A stretch of DNA of 64,000 nucleotides from Euglena gracilis (Eukaryota), in the NCBI GenBank assembly GCA_039621445.1, contig CP154954.1, forward strand, positions 45,053,847 through 45,117,846, written 5' to 3'. This document shows positions 1 through 30,389 of the stretch, piece by piece (the stretch's first letter is position 1; each line of letters starts with the position of its first letter). The notes beneath the pieces are model-generated. The model did not search any database. It worked only from the letters and a program-made list of their open reading frames with translations, and was not told the DNA's origin. The position numbers were made by a program, and so were the translations under genes.

Positions 1-248
1 ATTCAAGGCTTAATGCCACCTTCCTGCCAGAAATCTGTCCCCTCGGCCATTGAGTCTTGTACCCACTGGGTTGCTGTGTTGGGGGGAAAGGCGTTGAACA
101 CATTTGGAGAGTTTCAAAAATGACACCTGTGTGTTTTATCATCAAGAAAAAAAATGTGGTAGAAGCTTGGAACTGCAAAAGCGTCATCTGTGTCATCTGG
201 CTGTCACCCCCCCACCAGGAAGCTGTCATTTGGACTACACATATAAAA

Positions 249-633
249 CCCCCCTAATAAGTGCGCAGTGCCCTAATTGTGCGCAGTGCCCTCATAAGTG
301 CGCACCCCCCAAAGGTCCGAAACTACCTCCCTAAAAAAGTGCGCACCCTCCCCAAGGAGAAATCACTGTCACATCTCAGGTCGGAAAGCACACACAATCC
401 TAAGAACTGTCCACAGAACAAACATATCTATCGTCCAAGCCGAAATTTTGACACATAATCACTTGACTCATAGCTTGAAACCACAAAATAGGGTCAAAAT
501 CGAAAAAGAGTGGGGGGGAACGTCAGTATTTTTGGCTTTGCCCAAAAAAAGTGCGCAGTGCCCTAATAAGTGCGCACCCCTGGGGTCCGAAACTGCGTCC
601 TTAAATTGTGCGCACCGTATTAGGGGGGGGGGG
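249..633. mobile_element. TIR (MITE-like) element with internal GTGCGCA repeats
   Basis: CCCCCCTAATAAGTGCGCA at left and TGCGCACCGTATTAGGGGG at right. Confidence 0.5.
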
Positions 634-1668
634 TCGCAATTATGACAAATGCTGTGCATAAAAAATTGCATTCATTCATATTCATACAGGGCAGTGGTAT
701 TATTATGGAATTATGGTAGATCAAAAGTTTAGTAAAGTACCCAAATTTTACCACATTGGGAGTCGAATCCACCTTCTGGGGAGGTGGATGTTGGATGCAG
801 AGGTCGATTTGGAGCGGTGTGCAATTTGAAGCCGAAACCCCCATCTCCCTGAATAATTAATCCCTCTGGTATCAATTTGCACCCAAAGTCAGAGGCTTGA
901 GGCGATGATTTAGGTATATTTCTCAAATTCAAAAAAAAGGACTAAAACCACCCTGCCAGGTAGAACATTTTTTTTTCATGTTAGGTTTTTTTTAACGCAA
1001 CAGGTGCCTTTTTTCGGGGTCCATTCTGACCCGATTGCATCGATTTTGGTGGTTTTCCCGGTTCTTGTTTTATTTTGCAGTGCAGTGAGGCTCGGGTCAT
1101 TATTTTGGCAGCCAGCGTATGACCCTCATCCCAATCAACCTTTGTTGGTCAGGGCTTGTGGGGACGGAACTGGGGGCGGGGGTCTGCCACCGCATTGCCA
1201 CCGCTTGTGTGCTGCATGGCACGCCTCCTCCGGTGTGGGGTGTGGGCCACCCCATGAGAGAACGAGATCCCCCCACTCCCCCTTCGAACAGAGAGGGAAA
1301 CGAGGCGGGAAAGGGAGGGGCCCGTTGGGGGATGAGCCGCGGCCCCCGCCCGGCTCTCTCCGCGTCGAGTCAGCTGGCGACCCGCGGGCGGAACGTCAGC
1401 GCATCGCATCGTCCGCATCGAATCGCATCGTTGCCCCCACCCCCCTCCCAGTGTGCAATGTTCTTTGCCATTGCTTGTGTTGAGTGTGGGCTTTGAGGGC
1501 CTGTGTACGTGTGTCATTCATTGTGTATGTGTTGTGCCTGGCCCAAGCACAACACATACACATACTGGCCCTGGGTGCAGCGCACATGTGTGTTCGGGGT
1601 GTGTGGGAGAGAGTTCACACCTGTTGGCACCCCATGGCAATATGATCACCATTTGGAAAACCCGACTA

Positions 1669-1925
1669 CCGGGGGGGGGGGGGGGAAATTGGATGCCGAA
1701 AAAAATTATTGGGAAAAAATTGGCGTACAGAAATCCTGCCAAATTTTTCCGGGCCTTTTTTGAAAATCCGGCCTCAAATTTTTCAAAATCACCCCTTTTC
1801 CAGTCATCTTGCAAGCAAAACCTGCCAATTTTTTCCGGGTCGTTTTCAGGTTTGGCACCAATTTTTTCGGCTTCCAATTTTGTCGGGTCTAATTTTATCC
1901 AGCTTCAATTCCCCCCCCCCCCCGG
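1669..1925. mobile_element. TA-flanked MITE, copy 1
   Basis: TA-CCGGGG(n)AAATTG ... CAATTCCCC(n)GG-TA; a similar copy lies at 54884-55161. Confidence 0.75.
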
Positions 1926-3148
1926 TAACACTTGGCGGCATCGGCATCGGCATCGGCAGCGGTTGCCCCCCCCCCCCAATGGGGTGCCCCTCTCTCCCTG
2001 GGTCCGGCCCCACCACACTGGCCCCCTCCTCCACCGGTGGAGCCGGCCGGCTGCCGAGTCCCTGCCCTGGCAGACGTCCCCCCCCCCAAGGACCTGGGGC
2101 GACGTTGTCTGCCCCAGCCTGCATGCCGGTACATCGGACGGTGGCTCAGCCGCCCACCCGCCACCCTGCCGCAGCGTCTCTGCCTCGGTTGGGGGGGGGT
2201 CAAACTTGCCAACCTGCCAGCTTTCCTGAGAGACGAAGCATCGTGCTGAATAATTGAAGGTCTTCCACACTCCCAAGCAAAATCACATTCTGGATTTTTT
2301 TTCCCAATCTGCAAATGTGTGCCCATTATTAGAGCATCCCCACAAAAAATAACGCAGCTGCCAATTTATTAATGAGATGACCAACCTCCCACCCTGCTGG
2401 GTCACCAACTTTGGGGGGGATATACGAAAAATCTCTCCCCAAAAAGTAGCTGGAAAGCTGGACTGGAATATAGGATAAACTCTCCTCACACTATTATGGA
2501 TCTTGCCTTTTCCAATCCCCCTTTTTGTTTTTGTTTTTCATGGAAAAAATGCTAATGATTGTCCAAAATATGCGCCGCGTTGCATAACATAGAATATTTT
2601 AGACCAAAAAAAATCCGCAGAGGAGGTGAAAATTTTTTCAAGTCCTCTCCGGCAAAAAGGCGTTCATCCTGTGGGGGGAGCTCCTGAAGGAATTTCTATG
2701 CAACGTGGGTTTGTTGTGGTGTACTACGTTTTTTGCCATCGCTTTTTTCACGGGCCCATGTTGCATTCCCCCTTCCCACAAAGACTCGGACACTCGGACA
2801 AGGCACTCCGGCGCCAAAGGCGCCAGAACTCAAAGAACCCCTTTTCTTTCTGGCCCAGTTATTGGTCCACGTCAAACCGGCCCGACCCCCTCCCGGGTTG
2901 TGCCTGCCTGCTGCCTACTCGGAGATGCCCCCACCCCCGGATGACTGCATAGGTTTGTATTCCAAATAACAGGTCGGGTCCACCGCGTGCAATTGCTTTG
3001 TGCCTAAGGTCACCCACGGGCATATGGATGTGGAGTTTTTCAACGTTGGCGACCCGGGGGAAAGGGAGAGGGGGGCAGGTCCTAAACAGCCTTTGTGTGG
3101 CCCAGCGTGCAGGATTGTCCCCGCCGCGGTCCCACAGCCGCCACCCCC

Positions 3149-21627
<18,479 letters not shown>

Positions 21628-23939
21628 GCCCCGTGCCTTGCCGGGGGCGCCGCCGCCCCTCAACGGGGTGCAGGGCCTGCCTGCCCCCTGTTGTCGCCAG
21701 CGCCAGTCAGAGTGTGTTGGTGGCCCTCTGCGGGAACCGGGGCTGGCGGTGGACCCCGGCCGTGGGAGGGGGCTGCCCGGGAAGATGTCGGTGGACTCTG
21801 TTGGTGCAGGAAGGCTTCTTGGATGGGTGGTTGATTTGGCACAAACCAGGGAATTTTTTTTCCAGTCTAGTGCATCCACCCCCCCGTGCACGCAAACCCA
21901 GAACTATTTTGTTTTGATGATTCTTGATGCTTCCCAGCTGCCCTGTTGCAAGGCGTTCCGATGTTGTTCCCTGTCGATTTCATTTTTGGTGCTCTTGTGA
22001 TTCTTTCGCAGTATTGTCTGAACATTTTCTCTTTGCAAACAAGTAACCTCTTGGGGTTTTGCACCAGGTTTTGCCCCCCTCTTTTGCTTCCCAGCCCCAC
22101 AGAGATGTTGGAGGGGTGCCAATCCCCCCCATCAGCAGCATACTCCGTGGTCGAGCATTATACCACTGCGTTTGCGATGGCCTCTCAAAGCCTGGTGCCC
22201 CCCCTCTGTCTGTACAGTCTAATGCGAAGGGGGGTCAGAGGTGGGTCAGCGCCCTTCCAGCAGGCACTGTGCGAGGGCCTGGTTGCATTTTGTCATTTTC
22301 CGGTGTGTCGTGTGTGTTGAGCATACGTCTCTTTAAGGTTTTGCAAACCCTCTCTCTCCGGGGGGGGGGGGGGGGGCCGCCCCAAATTTAACCCAGCCAA
22401 CCTCAGCAGCACCCTCCCAGCAATTTGGGGGTTGCCCAAATTCCAACCCATTTTGAGAATCTTTCCTGTCTCTTTGCCTCATCGGGGAATGGCCAAAATT
22501 TGGTGATCTTTGCCCTCCAAGATACGACGCCGAGTTTCGTTTCTTCCGGGTTCGACCCAAGAAATAAAGAAGAACCCAAAGATACGCGAAACTCCTGGTC
22601 TTGTCAGATGCATTTCCTGTTGCCACACCAGGTTGTGTTCTGGAGGTTGGTTGACTGATCCACCCTCTTGCTTATTTTTGAAGATTTTGAAGACCAAAAT
22701 TCGGTGGATTCTGAAGTCAATCACGAAAGGAGTTTATCTTCCAACACAGCAAAAAATGCAGTCAGGGACTGATTGTTAGAGAATTCTGCAAGTTGTTGTT
22801 GACATAGGGGATAAATAAGTATAGATGAAGATTTCCACCAGTTTCCAGTGGAGTTCCGTGGTTGTTACTCTGGCACAGACGCAGCAGAACTCGTGCAAAA
22901 TTATGCGCACCAACCATTTCAAAACCAACAATGGCTTTTTGCGCCCCTGATTGAAGCTGGAGAACATGATGTGATGCAGTTTTGGTACTTACTCCCTGTC
23001 TTATGTTCCTGTGGGTGCTGGACCACCTCCCCACGAACATTGTCGGGCGCGAACATTGTGGGCATCGGCAGTTGGGCAACTCGGCCGAAATTGGGCAACC
23101 CATTCTATCAGGTATTCAACTTTGACTCACCATTTATTTTGATGGTTCAGGGGTTCAAAAAGGCAGTTTTTCAAGGTGTAGGTGAAATTGTTTTTCACCT
23201 GGTCTTTTAGACCAAGGATCAGGCGCAATACACTGGCTGAGAATGTGTGTAGCTGCTGATTTAAAATATTGGTAATCAGTGCAATACCCCCTGACAAGGG
23301 GGTTTTGAAAACACGTTGACAAGAGAGTGCAAAAAATGAGCGAAATTCTGTTTTTGGCTGTCTGACCTCCGGGACTTTGATGGACTTTGTAAGTTGAAAC
23401 CCCAGGGACCTTGCTGGCCCACACTGAAAAAAAACGCAAAAAAAGCGGCAAAGGAATGGGACCTTTACTGCCCTTGTTGCTTCTTTCGGCTATGTCCCCG
23501 GGTGTGCCCGAGCTGCCGGCGGTGTGCGTCCTGGGTGTTTGCCGGACTGCTTTGCTTGCGGCGCCTTGGTGTGGTGTTTTGGGGTTGTTTTCTAAAGCGC
23601 GGGGAGGAAGTGCCGGGGGGTGTGGATGTGGTGTGACCAAGCCGGCGAGAAGGGCATAGGGAAAGGGAGGTAAGTGCGGGGTGTTGGGCAAGGGAAGCGC
23701 AGGGGGGAAGAAATAGGGTCCGCAGGGAGTGGGGGTCGATTCCTGCCCGGGATGTGCCCCACCCACCATGGCTCCGCGCAAGGAAGAATTCTTTCAGCAC
23801 CAAAGGGCCGAAAGAAAATTTTGGCATCAAATTCGAAGCTCCCAAAAAAAACACGGAAGGCCTGGGGGATGGTCTTACTTTCCACCCACCACCCATGTTA
23901 TGCCACTCCCAGATGTCATCTTTAACCTTCCCCTAATCA

Positions 23940-23943
23940 TGTG

Positions 23944-23995
<52 letters not shown>

Positions 23996-23998
23996 GTG

Positions 23999-24029
<31 letters not shown>

Positions 24030-24118
24030 GTGTTGTGTGTTCGTTCACGTTGTGTATTGTGTGCGTGTGTTGTGTGTTGTGTGTGTGTGTGTGTGTGTTG
24101 TGTGTGTATGTGTGTGCG

Positions 24119-24184
<66 letters not shown>

Positions 24185-24320
24185 GTGTGTGTATGTGTGT
24201 GTGTTGTGTGTGTGCGTGTTGTGTGTGTGTTGTGTGTGTTGTGTTGTGTGTGTGTGTGTTGTGTGTGTTGTGTGTGTTGTGTGTGTGTTGTGTGTGTGCG
24301 CGCGCGTGCGTGCGTGCGCA
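23940..24320. repeat. (TG)n microsatellite
   Basis: Read directly from the sequence. Confidence 0.95.
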
Positions 24321-24428
24321 TTATGTAACATGCACCCGGTGCCTGGCTCCGCAGTGGAGGCAGACGAGCCCGTGCCCCCGTGGCGATCCCCGCCACCGGG
24401 GCAGGGCCAGGGGGGTTGCCCCCTGCAC

Positions 24429-24881
24429 CAGGGATAGATGGGAAGCCCTTCAGTTTTGAGGGAGGTGGTAGGGGTGGTCCCGACCCCCCACCGGGGGGCA
24501 AGGTAGGGGGCGGTCCGGACCAGGTGTTGGGAGGGGTGCCCAGACCCCCATCCCCCCCTCTTCAGCAGGTTCCAGAAATAGCAAAGAATTTTTTAGTGCA
24601 CAGCGTCGGAAAATGAACAAAAAATGCACTTTTACTCACTTTTTGCGCATGTTGCCCATTTTTTGATACGCTGGTGTTTTCCACATAAACTATATATTAT
24701 ATTAAAACAAAAGATTCAAATAATTTCGAAAATAAGCTTTTTCGGACGTATTTTCAAAGGGATTTTTGAATGGTTTTGGCCCGATTGTCAGCCCTTCGCC
24801 CATTCACAAAACCAAGGACTCTCTGGGCCCATGCCAATTTCGAGGTTGGAGGTTCTCCTCAATGCTTCTCATCTATCCCTG
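24429..24881. mobile_element. hAT-like MITE family A
   Basis: TIR CAGGGATAGATG(G/A)GAAGC; perfect TSD CCCTGCAC. Confidence 0.88.
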
Positions 24882-25781
24882 CCCTGCACTGTTGCTGTTG
24901 CTGCTGTCGCTGCACGTCCGCCACACGTTTGCACTGGTTGGGTCGGCGCATGCCCGTCCCCGCCCCGGGCCCCTCTGAGCCCCTGTCTTCCCACACGCTG
25001 GTGTTGGGCTGGGCCTCCTGTCAGCTGGGGGGAGGTCGGGATTGCCGAGGGCAGGGAAACACAAATGCCTTTCTGAGTGTTTTTTTTGCGGGTTTTTTTG
25101 TGTTTTTTGGTGCTTTTTTAAGGCGATTTTTTTTTATTTTTCCTGGAAATTTTTTAAATATAAAAATTTGCTGATTTGGCCCCAATTTTTCCCCGGAACC
25201 AAATTCTTGTCAATTCTTTGACATTTTCCCTTTTTTTTGCAGTCAACAAGTTGCATTTTTGGGACAAAAAATGAAGAATTTTTCCTGAACAAGCAAAAAA
25301 AAATGAATGCTCTAAGTCTAAGAAAAAGTGTACGGGAGCTCCTGAAGGATTTTACATGCAATTGAGGTTTTTTTATGCTATTTTTGCCTTCGTTTGCATC
25401 TTTTTTGCGTGTGTGCCCCCCCCCCCGCCGAGAGGTCCCCGGGCTGCGGCTACGCTCTGCCGAAAAGCCGTTGCCTCGCCCGCCGCACCCTCGCCCCCCT
25501 CCTCCCTCCCCCTCCCCATGCTCCGCTGTGTGGCTCATATGGCGTCGAGAGGACCCCCTTCGGGCCCTCATATATGGCCACCCGGGCGTTGACCTCGTGT
25601 GTGGCCATCGGTGTGGTGCTGCGACCCTCGGGCGGCAGTGATCTGGGCAGGGTGCCTCTCCCAGCCTTGAAGGCCGTTCTTTTTTTTTGGATTGCCCACA
25701 GTTGTCCACCCACCATACACCTTACGCCTCTGAACCAACAACGGAATGGGCGAAACAGGTCACACGAACAAGGTTGGAGAC

Positions 25782-26289
25782 CAGGGCGGTGCTTAAGAAA
25801 ATTTGACCCCCCCCCCTGGGGGGTCCAGCCAGCCAGCCAGCCAGCAGCCTTTTTCCGGCCAACGGCCTTTTTTTGAGCCCCGGACCCCCCCCCTCCCCCC
25901 AATCAACGGGATTTATTTATTTCCAGCTGCCCTTTGGGCGGCTGAACGGTGACAGATTTTTCGCTTTCGCGGGTTCAAAAATGGGCCAAAATGGGCAAAA
26001 AATGGACGAACATGGGTCAGAAAAAAGCTGTCCAGGACATTTTGGGGATCAAGGAACCAATTTTTTGTATAATTGGCAGATGTTTGCAACTAAAAGTTAT
26101 AAATGTGCAATTAGATGTGCAATTATAAATTGCACATTTTTTGCAATTTTGATTTTTTATACCCGGTTTGACCCCGGGTCCGGCCCAGCTCCAGCCTGGG
26201 ACCCCTATGGGGGGGGGGGTCAGCCAGCCTTTTTCCAGCCAGCCTCTGAGCTGGACCCCCCCCGCAGGGGATCCTTGAGCAACGCTCTG
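25782..26289. mobile_element. hAT-like MITE family B
   Basis: TIR CAGGGCGGTGCTTAAG / CTTGAGCAACGCTCTG; TSD TTGGAGAC/TTGAAGAC. Confidence 0.8.
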
Positions 26290-26445
26290 TTGAAGACACC
26301 AGCCGTCCCCAATGCAATCACAGCACAGTTCAATGCAGAAGAGCAAGGGAAGCCTTTCACGCATTTCATGTATTGCACGACATAACCGGCACAATGACGC
26401 AATGGTGAACACAACGGTAGGCACGCCAGCACGCCGGTGTGCCTA

Positions 26446-26447
<2 letters not shown>

Positions 26448-26509
<62 letters not shown>

Positions 26510-26850
26510 CACAACACAACGCAACACACAACACAACACAACCCACAACACAACGCAACACAACACAACACAACACAACAGAACGCAACACAACACACAA
26601 CGCAACACAACGCAACACAACACACAACGCGACACAATGCAACACAATACAACACACAACGCAACGCAACACAACACACAACGCAACGCAACACAACACA
26701 ACACGACACAACACGCAACACAACACAACACAACACACAACACAACACAACACAACACAACACAACACAACACACAACACGACACAACGCAACACAATGC
26801 AACACAATGACAACCTTGCTCACACACACAACACAACGACACAATGCAAC
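26448..26850. repeat. (CA)n/(CAACA)n microsatellite
   Basis: Read directly from the sequence. Confidence 0.95.
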
Positions 26851-27894
26851 CTTGCTCTTGTTGTAGTTCATCGCCGCCGGAGTCGACCGGGGGGACGCTG
26901 CGCAAATCCACCGCCCTGCTGGAGCGTTATCGTCCTGTGGCCCTCTCCCCCTCCATCAGGTATCGATGCCATTCCTCCAGGCTTTTGCCCCATTTGCCCC
27001 CTCCCAGACATCCCTCACCCAAGGTAAAACCCCCCAAATTACACCGCCCCAAATAATACCCCCCCCCCTCGGGGTCCAACTTTGGCGACTGGGTTAATAC
27101 CCCCCCATTTTTGGGCCGACCGGGATTTTTGACCTGAAAATGTGGGGAAAATCACAATCTCTGACAACAAATTACAAAAAAACCATCGATTTTTCTGGAT
27201 CATCTTGCCCCCAAAAATGCTAAATTTTATGAGAAAGGACAAAAAATGTCCCCAAAGGGGGGTTTGGGTGCTATTTTGGGTCCTACGAAACTTTGAAAAT
27301 TTTCGAAATTTTTGGGGTGCTATTACCCCCCCAAATAATACCTCCCCTCGGGCCAGGACTTCGGGGGAAAAATAATACCCCGGGAGGGGGTGTTATTAGA
27401 GGGGGGTTATCGCGGAGCGCCCTCCCACCCCAAAGCATGGAATCGTCAGTTGGGCTTGGAAGGTCCCACCCCGCGTAAAGGGCATTCGAGCCAACCCTTC
27501 ACCCGCAACGGAAACCACTCCGGCAGTTGTTTGGTGTTGGCGGGAAGGGCTCAAAAGCACTTGCTGCACCACACCTGCACTGGGGGGATGGGTTATTCTT
27601 GTTGGGGAACCGCAGCCTTTTTTTGGCCAGCTCCATTTCTCGGCCGCCACCCCATCCCATTTCTTCAGAGCATCAAGAACAACCGATCTCGGTGGGGGCC
27701 TCCGCCCTCCCCCGCTGAAGCCTGCACCAGTCCCCACTTTGCTCCCAATGTAACCCCCTCGCCCTCGTTTGTGTGCGTTGCCAGGGGAGGAGGCATCCAC
27801 TCGGGCCTGCCCATCCGAAGCAAACTACCCCCCCTCTCCAGTGCTTTGCTAGCCTCCCAAAAGAATGTGGATTCCAGTAATTTTGCGGACGTCC

Positions 27895-27947
<53 letters not shown>

Positions 27948-28547
27948 CATGCACATCACACAATTGGTGCCACTAGCGGGAAAGGTGTTCTTTCCAGCCC
28001 CCACCCCCCGCCCAGTCCGACCTTCTCAACCACCAACACGACCGCCGACCACCCGGCAGGAAGGCCCAAGGACGACAGAAGCGTCAGGAGCAAAGGCCGG
28101 TGGGATCTCCTGTGATCAGCCCCAATCCCACCGGTCGGGGCGAAACGCACCAGCCGACTTCGACCGCCACACGACCCAGCAACCAGCTCCCCACCCATAC
28201 CAATTTCCAAGAGAGGCGTCGCGCGCAAGCGTGGCCCCGCCGCTGAGCGGGGTTCTCCCCAGAATTGCGTGGAGTGGTTTTTAGCACCCCTATGCTTCCC
28301 TTCAGGGCCCTCCCGGGGCTTCTTTCTCCTTCCCTCTGCAGTGGCATGCCTCTGCGCATGTCCCATGGCAAAGAGGCTGTTCTCAGCTGGCCGCCAAAGG
28401 ATTTTTTTACCATTTTCGGGCATGGTGAAAAAGGTTGGGTTAAAGAATTTTTGAATCTTTCCCTCCAACTGCGTTTGTTTTTTCCGGCAGTGTTTCCTCC
28501 GGCCAACAGGGAGCAGCCAACGTGCCTATCGGGGTTGTTTTGTCCCC

Positions 28548-28830
28548 CTCCCGACGTGTGTGTGTCCGCACGCACCCACGCGGCCCCCCTCGGTACGTGC
28601 AGCGTGCGGTCCCTCGACAGCGTACTAGAGGGGTGTATGTTTCTTCTCCCGACGTGTGTGTGTCCGCACGCACCCACGCGGCCCCCCTCGGTCCGTGCAG
28701 CGTGCGGTCCCTCGTCAGCGTACTAGAGGGGTGTATGTTTCTCCTCCCGACGTGTGTGTGTCCGCACGCACCCACGCGGCCCCCCTCGGTACGTGCAGCG
28801 TGCGGTCCCTCGACAGCGTACTAGAGGGGT
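28548..28830. repeat. 98-bp tandem repeat, about 3 copies
   Basis: Units begin CTCCCGACGTGTG at 28548, 28646 and 28744. Confidence 0.9.
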
Positions 28831-29043
28831 GAGTGTTCGGCGGTTGGAGACCCGGAAAAGGCCTCCACTGCCCTTTGTTTCTCCCATGGGTCCCAAGCAG
28901 GAAACCGCGCCTCGGCCGGTCCCCTTCTTGGTGGGAAAGAGGCCTCTCCTCCCTCCAATTGGTTGCCCAGGCTGGGCCTCCGATTGCAGAAGGGCAGGCC
29001 TGTCAGCAACAGGTGCGTGCGCAGGTCCGGACTGGGTCCGAGG

Positions 29044-29552
29044 CAGGGAATTTCTTAAGCCGGAGGGTACCCTACCCCCCGGGGGGGGGGGTCCAGCCAG
29101 CCAGCAGCTCAAATCCAGCCAGCAGCCCAAATTCGGGCTGGGAGCCCCCCCCCCCCCCGGGGTCGAGTGAAATAAAGTCGGGTCCAGCCCGGCCGGAGGC
29201 CGGGCCAGCCGGCCGAAGGCCGGCCCAGCCGGCCGCAGGCCGGCCAGCCAACTGGGCTGTCCAGCTCACCTATCCCTGCATTTTTCCCCCTCATCACAGC
29301 CCCTCCATCACAGCCCCCCAGCCTTGATCTAGCTCCACCCATCAAAATGTCGAAAATGGCCAAAATGTGAGAGAAAATTTTGTTTTTCCTCAACCCAGCC
29401 CAGCCCAGCCCGCTCCAGCCCCGGACCCCCCCCTCCCCCCCACCCCCCCCGGGGGGGGGGGGGGTCCAGCCAGCAGCTCAAATCCAGCCAGCAGCCTTTT
29501 TGCCAGCCGGAGGCTGGACCCCCCCCCCGGGGGGTCCTTAAGAAATTCCCTG
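29044..29552. mobile_element. hAT-like MITE (family B-related)
   Basis: Perfect 16-bp TIR CAGGGAATTTCTTAAG; perfect TSD GTCCGAGG. Confidence 0.9.
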
Positions 29553-30318
29553 GTCCGAGGAGCCTGCGCCTGCCCTTGCTGGGAGCGCTCAGGCTCAGCC
29601 TCAGGACCCCCCAAGGTCTGCACCTGCCCCCGAGGGGCCACCAGGCTTGGCCTTGGAGCATTGAGACCGGGTCTGCTGCCAGCCCCGGGAGCCACGCCCA
29701 GACCCGGCCTCAGCCCATAATACGAGCAAGCCTGCCTCCCCATGAGTGTCCAGGCCTGGCCTTCAGGCTTCGTGAAAGACCGAGCCTGAAATGTGCCGAG
29801 GACTGGCCTCACTGCCCCATTTCCTCCCCTTCCCTTTCTACCCGACACTCCAGGCGCATGCACATCACACAATTGGTGCCACTAGCGGGAAAGGTGTTCT
29901 TTCCAGCCCCCACCCCCCGCCCAGTCCGACCTTCTCAACCACCAACACGACCGCCGACCACCCGGCAGGAAGGCCCAAGGACAAGGACGACAGAAGCGTC
30001 AGGAGCAAAGGCCGGTGGGATCTCCTGTGATCAGCCCCAATCCCACCGGTCGGGGCGAAACGCACCAGCCGACTTCGACCGCCACACGACCCAGCAACCA
30101 GCTCCCCACCCATACCAATTTCCAAGAGAGAGAGAGAGAGAGAGAGAGTGTGTGTGTGTGTGTGTGTGTGTTGCATTGTGTTGCGTTGCGTTGCGGTGTG
30201 TTGTGTTGTGTTGCGGTGTGTTGTGTTGTGTTGTGTTGCGTTGCGTTGTGTTGTGTTGTGGTGTGTTGTGTTGTGTTGTGTTGCGTGTGCGCGTGTGTGC
30301 GTGTGCGTGTGTGTGTTG

Positions 30319-30389
<71 letters not shown>

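Larger units (their letters stand above)
27943..30130. repeat. ~270-bp near-identical direct repeats (27943-28215 and 29852-30130) bounded on the outside by (GA)n
   Basis: AGGCGCATGCACATCACAC...CATACCAATTTCCAAGAGAG present twice; the second copy has an extra ACAAGG. Confidence 0.85.

Noticed and set aside
1150-2250. GC-rich ORFs upstream of gene 1
   Set aside because: No recognisable protein or consistent splice pattern; a minus-strand gene cannot be excluded.
3131-3148. Trans-splice acceptor CAG at 3135-3137 upstream of the gene 1 ATG
   Set aside because: Plausible for a euglenid but cannot be supported without spliced-leader reads.
27943-30130. Canonical LTR retrotransposon
   Set aside because: No TG...CA termini, PBS, PPT or gag/pol sequence seen.
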